Source: Marsupella aquatica
Taxonomy: Eukaryota > Plantae > Marchantiophyta
Length of the DNA: 64,000 bases
NCBI GenBank assembly: GCA_973895155.1
Contig: OZ316895.1
Span: 24,805,538-24,869,537, forward strand
Reading direction: 5' to 3'
Below, one piece after another: positions 38,980 to 51,100 of the stretch. The stretch's first letter is position 1; each line of letters starts with the position of its first letter. A program made the translations under genes and the position numbers. Below the pieces are notes generated by a model, which was given only the letters and a program-made list of their open reading frames with translations, was not told where the DNA came from and did not search any database.

Positions 38980-40452
38980 TGTTGGAACCTAAGGTTAAGT
39001 CTACTCCAAATCATGGTGTAACCACTAACCTAACCTAGTTACCACAACCACCTGAGTAACTACCTCTATGTATATATGTTTCCCTACATGAATGAGAAGA
39101 CTATTCTATGTAGTACTCAACGCGTTATCAGCATGAGTAGGCTCGACATTCAATTTTTTCCTTTAGAAGTGAGAATTAGATATGGAGGGGTCTCCTTACT
39201 AAATTATACACAGATCTCTGTAAATTTCTGTCGAAAATTGGCATGGGATTTGGATTGCAAATTAGTCCATTTCCCACATAGGCGATTCCATCCCACCAAA
39301 CATTCACCACCTAATGATATCGCCAACCAATTCACCAATCTCCATAACTTTATTCAAGGATACAATTGAACATCCGAGCAATCTCCCCGAGCAATCTCCC
39401 CGAGCACATCGAAGGGAGCCAATCCTCAAATCCGGACAGCGTTGAATGCTACTACAAACAGCTGAGCGAGAAATGTCTACCCAATAATAACTCCGGGACA
39501 AGGGAACCAAAAAGGTGCAGGCGCAAATTACAAAAGATAAGTGACTTTCCCATTTTACCGTATCTCATACAGTGATCATTCAATTGAGAATCACAAATTC
39601 CCCTCAATCTTTGGACACCCACAATGACCACAAATACTATCAAAAAACTCTACTTCCAAGCATTGAATATAGATGGATCCAACTATCTATCTTGGTCTCT
39701 AGATATCGCAGCACACCTTGCCTCTAAAGATCTGCAAGACACCATTCTAACGGATGCCGGTCCGACTTTGTAGCAGAAGGCTAAAGCCTTAATTCTAATT
39801 AGACATCACCTTGTAGACTCCCTAAAACGTCAGTACAAGAATGAATATATTCCCCGCATCCTCTGGGATGACCTACACTCAACATTTGACCACACGCGCA
39901 CAATTTTTCTACCTGCAGCAAGGCATGACTGGGTTAATCTTATAGTTGAAGACCACAAAACTATTGCTGATTACAACAGCGAACTATTCAGAATTGTTGC
40001 ACACTTTGGCCATCTACGGACAACCAGTGAGCAGATTGAGAAAATATTGTCCATATTCCACTCCACCAACCTAGTCCACACAATACAGGAACATGAACTT
40101 CACAAAATATTCTGAGTTGATTGCACATATGCTGTTGGCCGAAAAACATCAACTATTACTAACTACTACAGAACACAAAAACAAGACCCCCAGGCACACT
40201 CCCACCACAACCAGATACAGAAACACATTACAATGTACAAGAGAGGGAAAACTGGACTTCATTTGGTGGGAGAGGGGGCAGTAGAGGGAGAGCGCCCCAA
40301 ACGGGGGGAGGAAACAACTTCAGACACGGTGGCAGAAACAATACATGCCAAGGAAGGGGTCGGGGAAGACCCAGGTTCAGCGGCAACAATTATCGGAACA
40401 CCTGGTGACGAGACAATAGCAACCCACAACGAACAAGAACTCAGGACAAACG
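38980..40452 (+). mobile_element. Second Bianca-like Copia fragment (LTR, PBS, decayed gag)
   Basis: TGTTGG start, CGTTATCAGCATGA PBS at ~39123, gag FQALNIDGSNYLSWSLD and MNFTKYSELIAHMLLAEKHQLLL shared with the 26-29 kb element. Confidence 0.85.
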
Positions 40453-40855
40453 GTTTGAGTTTAGGAGGCTGGACGGTTTGGTTGGGGGTTGAGGGAGACA
40501 GTCTGGAGTTGAGGGAGTTTGTGTTTAGGGAGTTGGGGAGTGGTGTAGTGGGGGTTTAGGGAGCTTGGGTTTAGTGGGTTTGGTTGTGGGTTGGGTTGAG
40601 GGAGTTGTGTGTTGGGGGTGTTTGGGAGTTTGGTTGGAATGGGGAGTTGGTTGAGGGAGTTTGAGTTTAAGGGGAACGGTTTGGTTGGGGGTTGAGGGAG
40701 ACAGTCTGGAGTTGAGGGAGTTTAGGGTTTAGGGAGTTTGGGTTTAGGGGGTTGGGGAGTGGTGTAGTGGGGGTTTAGGGATTTTGGTTTTAGCGGGTTT
40801 GGTTGTGGGTTGGGTTGAGGGAGTTGTGTGTTGGGGGGTTTAGGGTTTAGGGTTT
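40452..40855 (+). repeat. G/T-rich degenerate telomere-like tract with ~200-bp internal duplication
   Basis: GGTTTGGTTGGGGGTTGAGGGAGACAGTCTGGAGTTGAGGGAG repeated at ~40475 and ~40678; ends in TTTAGGGTTTAGGG. Confidence 0.8.
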
Positions 40856-41164
40856 TTCTCCCCGAGTTTTGCCCCGAGTTTTCAAAGTGGTCCACCAGTT
40901 TTGGGGCGTGGTTTTGGGGGGCGAAAATTCCTTCCAAAAAAGGCTGAAAACAGGCCTGAAAAAAGCCCAAAAAATTCCGGAAAAAAGGGAAAAAAACAGG
41001 GGAATTTTTCCCAGGGTCTTTCGGCCACCAATTTTTGCGCGAATGTTTTTTAGAAAAATTCTAGAAAAGTGCCTCCAAAAACACTGGAAAAAACCCTATA
41101 TATACATTTTCATGCAGCCTAGGATCGCAATGCCCGGTCTTTGCGGTCTTTTTCGTGGTCTTTT

Positions 41165-41670
41165 TCCCATGAGTGCCCAAAAAAGACTGTCCCGCCATGA
41201 AAATACAAAGGAACCGATATTACAAAGTAAGTCGATCCCCGCGCCATTCTTCAAAAGTCACTGCTTTGGGACCCGAATAGCACTGCGGCCTTCTTCCCTA
41301 ACTCCCCTCGCATCAACTCTGCCCACCCTCCCTCCCCGTCTTTTAGGGTTTATTATAGGGTTCCCTTACCCTTGCGTTGTTCCTCATGGCTCCCTCCCAC
41401 GGCCCCCATTACACCAAGGGATCAACTGCAATCCTGGCATCCTCCAAATGCCAACTCATGTTTACGGTTCAGGGTTTACCATTTACGGTTTAGGGTTTAC
41501 CCTAGTTTCGTGTTCTTCTTGCCATGAGTGCCCAAAAAAGACAGTCGTGCCATGAAAATACAAAATAAATCAATCCCCGCACCATTCTTCAAACGTCATT
41601 GCATCGGGAGCCTGGATAGCACTGCAGCCTTCTTCCCGTACTCCCCTCGCATCAACTCTGCCCACCCTGC
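41165..41670. repeat. ~160-bp direct repeat pair
   Basis: CCATGAGTGCCCAAAAAAGAC...CATCAACTCTGCCCACCCT at ~41167-41330 and ~41522-41669. Confidence 0.75.
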
Positions 41671-42099
41671 CGTCTATCACGTAGAGCCTCTCCATACGCT
41701 ACGGCGACTGCCTCACCTCTTCCTCTCCTGGAACTTCACTCACGGGATTCACCTCTTTCTGGCCAATTCCATAACACTCACTCATTTCCCCGCAATCCAA
41801 TTTTGCGACACCCGGATTCCTGGCTTTACAGCAACCAGGACGCGTGACCCTAGACCCTCAACCCACGTGCACTCCATGGGCCTTAGAGAACACGAACGCC
41901 CTCCACAAAACTATACTAACACCACTACTGTAGTAGTCCCACCTTGCCTTCTTCCACCTCCCCGTTGCACGACTATCGCATAGAGCCTCTCCCTGTGCCG
42001 CTGGCCTGCTCACACCCGCCCGATAGTTTAGGGTTTAGGGTTGCCCAAACCTGGAATTACCTCAAACTCCATTCATGGCAGAAAACTAGGGCACCACTC

Positions 42100-45000
42100 A
42101 GCCACATCAAAACTTTAGATCCGGAATTCCAGCACATATTAGGGAGGGACAATCAAGTGGCCGACATGTTATCTAGAGCTAGATACTACCGTGAAGAAGA
42201 GATGGTGGAGGAAGGAGAAGATGTGGGTACAAAGTTCTTCTCCAATGCGCAAGCAAAATCAGAAGGGTTAAATCTGACAATGACAATTGAGTCATTCTCA
42301 GAAAAATTATATGATGGTGAATGGGTGGATATAGGGCGGTACCTCAGCACATTGGAGAAATCTGAAGGTTGGTCTGACAAAGAATTAAGAAGATAAGGAG
42401 GAAGGCCTATGGATACTTTTTGAGGGATGGAGTTCTTTGGAAGCAGCCAAAGAAGGTCAAAGGGGTTCCACTACGAGTAGTTGGTGATACAGAGACGCAA
42501 CAAAAACTGATGAAGGAGTTTCATGAAAGCTTATGGGCAGGACATCGAGGAGTTTGGGCTACTTTTTCCAAACTAAAGGAAAAATATTGGTGGAAAGGTA
42601 TATACAAGGATGTAGTCCAATTTGTGAGTACTTGTGAAACTTGTCAAGTTTACTCAAATATTCGGCATCGAGATGGGCTACATCCCACCTACCCTTTAGC
42701 CATGCATTACAAATGGGTTGTCGATTTGGTAACTCTCCTTGGAATGGTTTTTTTTTATAAATTTTAATACCGTGAAAGACCCCACGGATAGGGGGAACAA
42801 CAGCCCTTAATACAGGGACAGCAACAGCACACTAGCGAGCCACAAAGAGAGCCCAAAAGCACAAAAGAGAGCATCAAAGCCCTAGGGAGAGCCCCCCCTC
42901 AAAGAAGGGAAATAACACCGATCAAGAGAGCACCCATGCCCTTCCCACAGCAGCCCCCCAAAAAGCAGACCCCTCAATCAGCAACGCCGCCGCTAGAGGG
43001 CACCAAGAGAATCCTGTCCCCACCCCGTCTCAGCCAGATTTGCCTCGTTCCCCGCAACCATTTGGTAACTCTACCTCTTGGGATCTCGCAAATGAGGTAT
43101 GTGATTCTAGCAAGGGAAGACCTAACCAATCAAGTTGAGGGAAGGGCACTTAGAACCAAGAGCACAGAAAATGTATGTCGTTTTCTACTTGAAGATGTGA
43201 TTTGCCGCTATGGGTGCATAGGGAAGATTACAGCTGATAGAGGAGAACTTGATTCACAAGAGGCTCGACAGTTTTTTGAAAGGTTAGGGATAAAGCTTGC
43301 CTTGACAACTGCCTATAATCCGGAAGGGAATGGTAAGAGTGAGCGAGGGCATTCTCCTATCATTAAGGCTTTGGTAAAAGCTTGTAATGGTAGCATACAT
43401 GTGTGGCCAAAGTTATTGCCATTTGCGTTGTGGGCAGATCGAACCACACATAGCTCGGTAACAGGTTTTATGCCAGCAGAACTTATGTTTGGACAAAAGC
43501 CGATCATGCCAGTGGAGGAGACAATTCCTACATGGAGTGTGTTACCGTGGGAATATGGTCTTAGTAGGGAAGACTTATTGGCATTGAGGATCCGACAACT
43601 TGAGCGACGCTCGGAGGATATTGAGGTAGCACTCAAAAAACTGCAGGAGGCAAGGCTGGGGAATAAAGAAAGGTTTGATAGGAAGCATAGGCTTAGACCA
43701 AGGCCTATTCAAGAAGATGATTGGGTACTAGTCTATGATAGTAGCCTAGACAATCAGCATAGTGCTGCCAGGAAGTTCTCGAGGAGGTGGTTTGGCCCTT
43801 ATGTGGTGAGAAAAGTACATGATAATGCTACATATTCACTTCGAGAGCTAGATGGTGTAGATTTGAGAGTTCCTATTGCCGGAAAAAGAGTTAAACTCTT
43901 TAAACGGAGAGACATGATGCAAGTTTCCTTTGACGATGTAGCTTGGGATCAAGAAGGGACACTAACAGATGAAGATATAGGGGATGAAGACTAGTTTGGC
44001 ACATACCAGAGGATGTGCAGGTTATGAGGGGGTGGATGTCGTGGTAACTTTGGTGCAAATAGTACACCTAAGTTACACGGGTATATTTTGGGTTTGCAAC
44101 ATCTCGACTTAAGATGACAAATAAGACCATAAGTCGGGTACCTATGCTTGTAGCGGGTTGCCGATTCATAAAGAAACGAGGAACGAGAGGAGGAGGCAAC
44201 AACTCTAAGGCAAGAAAGCAACAATGGACGGAGTGCACGGGGCGCCAGTTGGATTTCCAAATCACGTTGAATTTCAGTTTCGGGTTATGGAGAAAGTTCA
44301 TTTTCGGCAATTCATCGTGCATCACTTTGGTGTGCGATTCCTTCGGGAGGTTGAAGAATCCGCTCAACCTTTGTTCTTACCCACGCTTACATATACACAT
44401 AAGTGGGTTATATGTTTTTATATTTTAACATAATAGCTAGTTTGGTGATTCATCATGCCTAGTTACAAAATTTAGGCATCCTATGATGGGTTAGATGACA
44501 AAGCACTTCTAAATAAAGTATTGTGGGCTATATGAATAATTTTCATAAACTAGAGTATAGGCCTACTAGGTGGCTTTACTTTTCCACTAGATTTGTGACA
44601 TAGCAAAATATATAGGGATACGTGGCATACATGTGTAAAAAGGCCTTGCATGGTTGCATGTCCATTTAGAATCAAACACATGGCCAATTAGGTGTCGAAA
44701 GGAGGATACGCATGGAAACATGCCCAATAGCATCCAAACACCTTGTTGTTTACATGTTCAAATATTATTGGACCATGTGTACCAAAGGGGTGAGTCATTG
44801 CCCCTCCAAAGCACTATAAATAAGAGGCCTGCCCCTTGGGGGTGGCATGGTGAGTTTTCTTTGTTATTCCAAACTTATGTGCAAGAATAGTGTGGGAAGT
44901 ATAAGAATTCATAGAATGTGCTTGGAAGCTAGAGTTGTGACATTGTTAGAAAGTTATTAAATAGTAAAGGTTGTACTATATAGGAAATCGTTATGATATA

Positions 45001-46857
45001 TTTTTCTTAGGGAAATAGTATTCTAACTTTGATCACCTTGGTGAGCACATCAAGTTTGCTTTTGGAATCACTTGATTTTGGTATAATACTAGAAAGTTAT
45101 GATGACTTGAAGGTTTAGATTATGCTCAAATAGAACCATATTTTTCTGAGTTTGAATATTGCTTATAATATTTTCCTAGAATAAGATGCATATTTGAAAT
45201 TTTTTCCTGGAAATAGACAAGAAGCTATGTCATGCCTAGGAAAAAGTTTCGAGGGTATATCTATCTTTAAGTGAGATATATAGTATGGTGACGGTGACAG
45301 GGTCTTCGTAGCCTGCAATCTAGATAGGTCCACCATTTTTCTTTGTACCTATTGATGGAGATAGAGTTTTGACTCGAACCTTTGAGGGATGATAGGATAG
45401 TAAGTACTTGGCTTATTTGATATGGTACAAAGGAAATTGACAACCGTAGGTGAATTTCCTATGTTCAAAAAGCTTGTACTGTGATTCTAAATTACAAGAT
45501 GGACCTCAATAGAGTTCCTGGGCCTAATTTTAGTATAGATTGTAATGTTCGGGTGATATGTCGCCAAAAAACTGAGTTTCGAGCCTTCATCATCAGAAAC
45601 TTTGGGGAGTCGGCATATACCATGATCATTTCATCCCCGATTCCATTCGTTGTTCCCATGACAATTGAGAGATTTTGGGTAATGATCGTAGTATTTTATT
45701 AGCACATCGTAGCGCATTGTTCTTCCGACAGACAGAAGCCCGGGCTTTCCCGACATCGCCCACAAACATCACGACACCGTAGCCATATTGGATGCCGTAG
45801 CCAAAGCTGAGGCCGAAGCCGAGGGTGGACCCGATCAGGCCACGGGAGAGCTGACTGGGTCAGGGGTAGGTAATTTGTCAGAAGACGGACCTACGGCAGT
45901 GGCTGCGGAGGAAGCATTGGGGGTGTCCATTGAGGATCAGCCACCATTGCCATGATGGTGGTGGAGGGCCGCTCCTTATAAGAAGGGCGGACGTGGAGGG
46001 AGGAGGCGTGAGTGGGCAGGGCGGGCGCAAATCTCTAAGTTTAGAAATTAGGATCAGGACCAAGCGGCGGCCCTGACACTTAGATTAGTGGGATTGCGGA
46101 TCCACTGGTAAGAGCAACACTTGTGCTCCTGCCTCGCTGTACATAGGTAGATTACATTTAGGATAGATTAGGCTTACGCTACAAGGAATTAGGCGAATCC
46201 ACTATCAGGATAAGTACCTGGGCAACGGGGAGTTCAGGGCCTTCTTCTTTAGCAAGTTTTTAGTGCACCAGTAGGGCAGGGATCAATTAGTAAAAAAAGC
46301 TCTCGGTTAGTTATACAGTGACCCTTGTGTATATTCATGTTTCCTCATGCCTAAGAGATGAATAGAGTTGGCCTCACGGCTTAGTTTGCAGATCTTGTGT
46401 ATGAGAAGTACTATTTGTATGGCAAGTGAAAGGTATAACTCAGTCAGAAGGAGTCATGTTGCTATTTGTGTGTCGCATTAACTTGTTTGAAGATTGCCCA
46501 CATCAACCAAGAGAGAAGGAAGTAAGCAAGGTAGTAAGAGTTGGATGTGTCGAGCTGAGAGAGGTCTTAGCGGCTAACCCAAGCCAGTTGGGGATCATTC
46601 CTGCGGTGAAATCCAAACATACCTAAAGAAGATAAGGAGAGGAAGACAAGGGAAGGCATAGAATAGGCCGACTATGTATCTCATGACCCGATGAAGGATC
46701 TGTCCTGTATATATGTGTGTAAAATGTTAGTAGAAAAGTTAGCAGCATCCCATGCCGCTAAGCCGCGGAACCGAGAGCTTTGCCGAGAGCGAAACCTATA
46801 GGAATTGGCTTGTGCAGGGGGGTTTCTTGGGTTTAGGGAGCCATGGGACGCACCACA
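42100..46857 (+). mobile_element. Ty3/Gypsy 3' half: RNase H end, integrase, PPT and ~2.8-kb 3' LTR (44037-46857)
   Basis: GRDNQVADMLSR; HHCC (HESLWAGH...CETC); DDE core (ITADRGE, YNPEGNGKSER); WFGPY; purine tract GAGGGGGTGGA before TG at 44037; LTR ends in CA at 46857. Confidence 0.88.
42737..43059 (-). mobile_element. Short non-LTR (SINE or LINE 3' end) insertion in the Gypsy integrase
   Basis: 13-bp TSD ATTTGGTAACTCT at 42724-42736 and 43060-43072; T9 run near the left end. Removal restores WVVDLVTLPLGIS. Confidence 0.8.
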
Positions 46858-46865
46858 GAGGACAA

Positions 46866-46957
46866 GGAAGGGAGAGACAGAGGGAGGAGGGAGATAGAGA
46901 TAGAGAGAGAGGGAGAGGGAGAGATAGAGATAGAGATAGAGAGAGGAGAAGGAGGAG
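46866..46957. repeat. GA-rich microsatellite
   Basis: (GAGATA)/(GAGAGG) runs. Confidence 0.85.
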
Positions 46958-48119
46958 TGGTGAGAGGCGGTCCACTAGGGTAACACGTAGCACCAGGCAG
47001 ATAGTGCCAAAACCTAGAGGCAAGGCTCCACCCTCGGCTGCACCGGAACCAGAAGGCAGTAGGAGTGCCTCAAAGCAGGATGCCCAGCAATATCAGTTGC
47101 ATCAGCGACAAGGCGGAGGATCGGGACGTGATAGGCCCCATTCTCAACGGCATTAGGTTGTAGGTATTTCAGTAGCAAGAGGTCCTCCATGCATTATGTA
47201 CATATTTTTTGCCATTTTGATTCAGGCCATCCATTTGTGGTGGCACCTCATTCCGGGTTACAATATGGAAAATAACATGGTTATAAGTGTATTCTATGTG
47301 TGAACTGAACCCTAACAAGGACCCCACCCAGACAGTGCAATGTGTAATTATAGGACGTATGTACTCACGTATACATCCTCCTTTATAAGACCTTTAACCA
47401 CCCTAGTACATCGTTGAGCCCTACATAAGCCAACGTACGTCGCACCACAAGAGCACGATACATCGTCCCCTACTACATCAACTTACCCATACATCTCAAA
47501 AGAGGTCATAATTTACCGGCCACAGACGACGCTAAAGTAATACGATGTTTAGTGCATGGCACATTACGACGTACTAGACGTGGTTAATGTTTCATTACAT
47601 AGCCTTACATGATGTTTATGGGTAAAGTTAAACACTAGCATTGGGCACATTTTACGTAGTCTGACACGTTGTAAAACCATATACCTCCTATTGTACGACG
47701 TTAAGAACAATGTGCTGGACATGGTAAAGAGCATCTCCCCAAACATGGTAATTAACGTCGCCTTTCCTCCGCTGGCAATATATGTCGTGATTAACGTCTT
47801 CTAAAAGTCCGTTAATTAGCCGTAAAATGTAGTTGTGTCACTTGCAATATTGGAGCCGGATAGAGTGTGAAAACTAGCGCCAGGTGCTAACAAAGCTTTA
47901 ACAGGGACAAGAGTTCAAGTTAAGGGACCACAACATGACAATATTAACCAGATAAAATTCAAAATTTAAGAATATTAAAGTTCTGGAACCAGCGCCAAGC
48001 GCTAACGAAAAGCGAGATAAAACCAGTGTAATATCCGTTGACTACAGACAAAAAACATAGTATCCATTATGAAAAATGACAGTCACTAGAATGTCATGTT
48101 ACTCTATAAACCATTCGCG

Positions 48120-51100
48120 TTTTGCCTCTCCAGCACAAGTCTAACTTCCCCAAATGTCAAAATGGGCTAGCTACACAGGGTAGACTCCTCTACATGAAAC
48201 TTGAAGACATTTATAAACACCCAATACAAATGTTTACAAGGCATATATGGCTTGCCGTGCGAATGACGACGGAAGAAATCCTCACAGGAACAAGTTGGGA
48301 AGACACAAATTTGGACAAAGTAAGTGTTTGGGGATCGAAGGTTCTCGTGAGTCCGGATTTTGAATTGCTTCGCAAAAGCAATTCCAATACCCACATCCCA
48401 CTCTCCATCCAGAGTCATAGCTTCTTTTCAAGCCAATCCATTCGTTTATTGTGAGCCAAAGTTAGATTTGATCGAGGTCTGGAGTTTCTCCCATTCTTGC
48501 TACAAAGGCGTACGTTGGGCTCGGCGAAATTGATTTTTTCAGGAAATGCGTTAACTTTACATTAATTCTCAAGTCGAATGCAACAGGTGCATCTCAAGAT
48601 GTCGCAGCTATTTGGACCATAGAGACTCCCTGCGCTTCAAGGAACTCTACCTCGGTAGGCGAGAGGTTGGTCCCTTTCACAACTGGTAAGATATCCGGCA
48701 CAGGAGGAAGGCGTTCAACACCACAACGCGGGCGGCTCTTGTCACATGTTTTGTTTGGGCAGAACCATATGTGAGTAGTGGGTAATACCAAAATTAAACC
48801 TGAAATTACTGAAAAAAATTTAAACTTTTTAAGGTATTTAAGCCTGTTGTTGTTGTTAAGTGCCAAGTAAACCTTGTTTTGACTAACTTACTAAAGCTAC
48901 GGGTATACTTTATAATGGGCTTATGCGTTTATGCATATAAGCGTTACGGGTTTACGGGTTTACGATGTTACACGTTTACGCCGATACGGGATTACGGCTT
49001 ACGCCTTACGCGTTTAAGGAAAGTTCACGTTACGGCACTATGGCTAACTTTGCAACGGGCCTTAGCAACGGAACGGGGTCTTCACGCCTTGATAGGAACA
49101 GATCGCAGAGTTCAGGCGCTCACTCCTGTCTACTCCCCACCCCGATTCACTAATTGCTCTCCCCTTCAAAAGCAACCTTCTCAACACGCAAAATTATTAT
49201 CGAAGCTATGGCGGACCTGGGCGCTGAGGAGCAGTACCAAGTTGATGCACTGGCAATTCCTAAAGCGGTGGCAGCTCGCATACTACGAGCGCCTGATAGT
49301 TTTGCTAATCTACAGAATTCTTTACAGCACTTAGGATTGGAGCGCTTGCTCAAGATTCCCTAGAATGTCGAGCTCGATTCCTACTTGCAGGATTTTGTAA
49401 AAGGGACTATCATCCCTGTTGAATTCAGACGAACAATTTGAGCTCGTCCTAGCCTGTGGATTGTTGACCAGATTGCTTACGCCTTTGGCTGCCCATCAGA
49501 AGGAGAGGCATTATACTCCAAGAAGAAAGATATCTCCACTCCTTACTTCTCAAGAACTCGAAATCTCAAGAATGGTTGGAACTTGTCCCAATGTACTTAT
49601 CCCAAATTGAGAGTGCTCATGGAATTTCTGGTACCAATTCTTCATCCGGAAAAGCCAACTCTCTGTCCTGTGGCCTTGGCTAACACTATTGTAGCTGCTC
49701 ATAGTGGAGCTATAAAAGTAAATTGGGCCGTACTTCTGTTTAATGTAATGAAGGATCAAGTAAGGAGCTTGGAAGTAGGGAGGACCACTTGCTTACAGAA
49801 TTATCTCTCTCAGCTCTATTATGCCCATGACTGTTTACATCTTGAGGAAGGGACAGAGAGGGGGTTACTCTTGATTGACCTGGGTATCGAAGAAGAAATC
49901 CCCATGGAAGACACTGTACATGTCACTCCACTAGATTCAAATGATCAGAACGTTGAGGAGAATGCTGATGTTCCCATGGAGGATACTTCATTAGAAGTTC
50001 CTACACATTCTCCTATGCATAGCACGGAAGTCGTTTGCCATCCAATAAGTAATGAGAATTCCCCCAGTCGGACCATGGATGCAGATCCACTAGAAGTTGA
50101 AGGAGTAAGGAGCATCCATCAACAAGACGATGTTACCACACCAACTGATGCTACTCCTCATGTGACCACCAGGTCCACTCCTTCGAAAGCAGAGTCAAAC
50201 CAGCGGCTTATTGATAAATTGACCTCTCTCCTCAGTTGCAGTGATGATGGACTCTATGATGCTGTTAATGATTTAAGAATGGAAGCTGTCAATTTGAGGT
50301 CACCATTTCATGATCAGCTAAGTCCTATCAGGATGACCTCTCCCCCAGGAGAATCAACACCAATGGAGTTTGTGATCTGTACTCCTACCACTGTACATCC
50401 CCCTCCCCTAGAAACCAGTGAACCTGTTCCAGTGACAGAAAGTATCAGTTGTGTAGCTATTGTGGATGATTTGCTAGAGCTACTACAGTGTGAACCTCGA
50501 CAAATAGTATCCATGGTCAGCAACTTGATACAACAGTGCCCCACTGCTAGCATGTCTTACAGTCCTGATTCCAGTTATGAACCTATGGAAGGACCCACCT
50601 ACACCCGGCCTCAGTATGAGCACCCTTTTGTTAGGGAGGATCTTCCTAAAGACTCTGATCCACCCTCAGATGGTGAAACTTATAGATCTTATGATAATTC
50701 TCTTGAGTCATCCCCAAGGCAGGGATTTGAAGATGTTGATACTGCCTTAAGATCCAATCCAAACTTAGTAGCAGTTGTCACCTCATCTACTCAGACACCC
50801 CGGAATGCCACCATAGAGAGCAGATACCCGAGACATCCAGAGTCCCAAGTGCACAGGTATGTGGAGACCTGTAAGATAATGCAGGCCAATAGACCACCGG
50901 TTAGAGAGTTCTGGAGATACTACTATCTCAAGAAGACCGAGGCCAGTTATATCTTCGACCTCAGATATTTTGCAACTTCCAGAGTGGAGATGACACAATT
51001 TGATGAGTTCTGGACTAACTCTATCTATTTTCAACCCATCCTTGCTGTGATGCTACTTCAAGGAGATGTGGAGGTGGAGGATCCAGATTTGGTTCTGGCA

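Noticed and set aside
40869-41983. ORFs of 228 and 151 aa
   Set aside because: Low-complexity repeat-derived sequence with no recognisable motifs.
46752-47156. RD/RE-rich ORF resembling an SR protein
   Set aside because: Translation of a GA microsatellite next to an LTR end.
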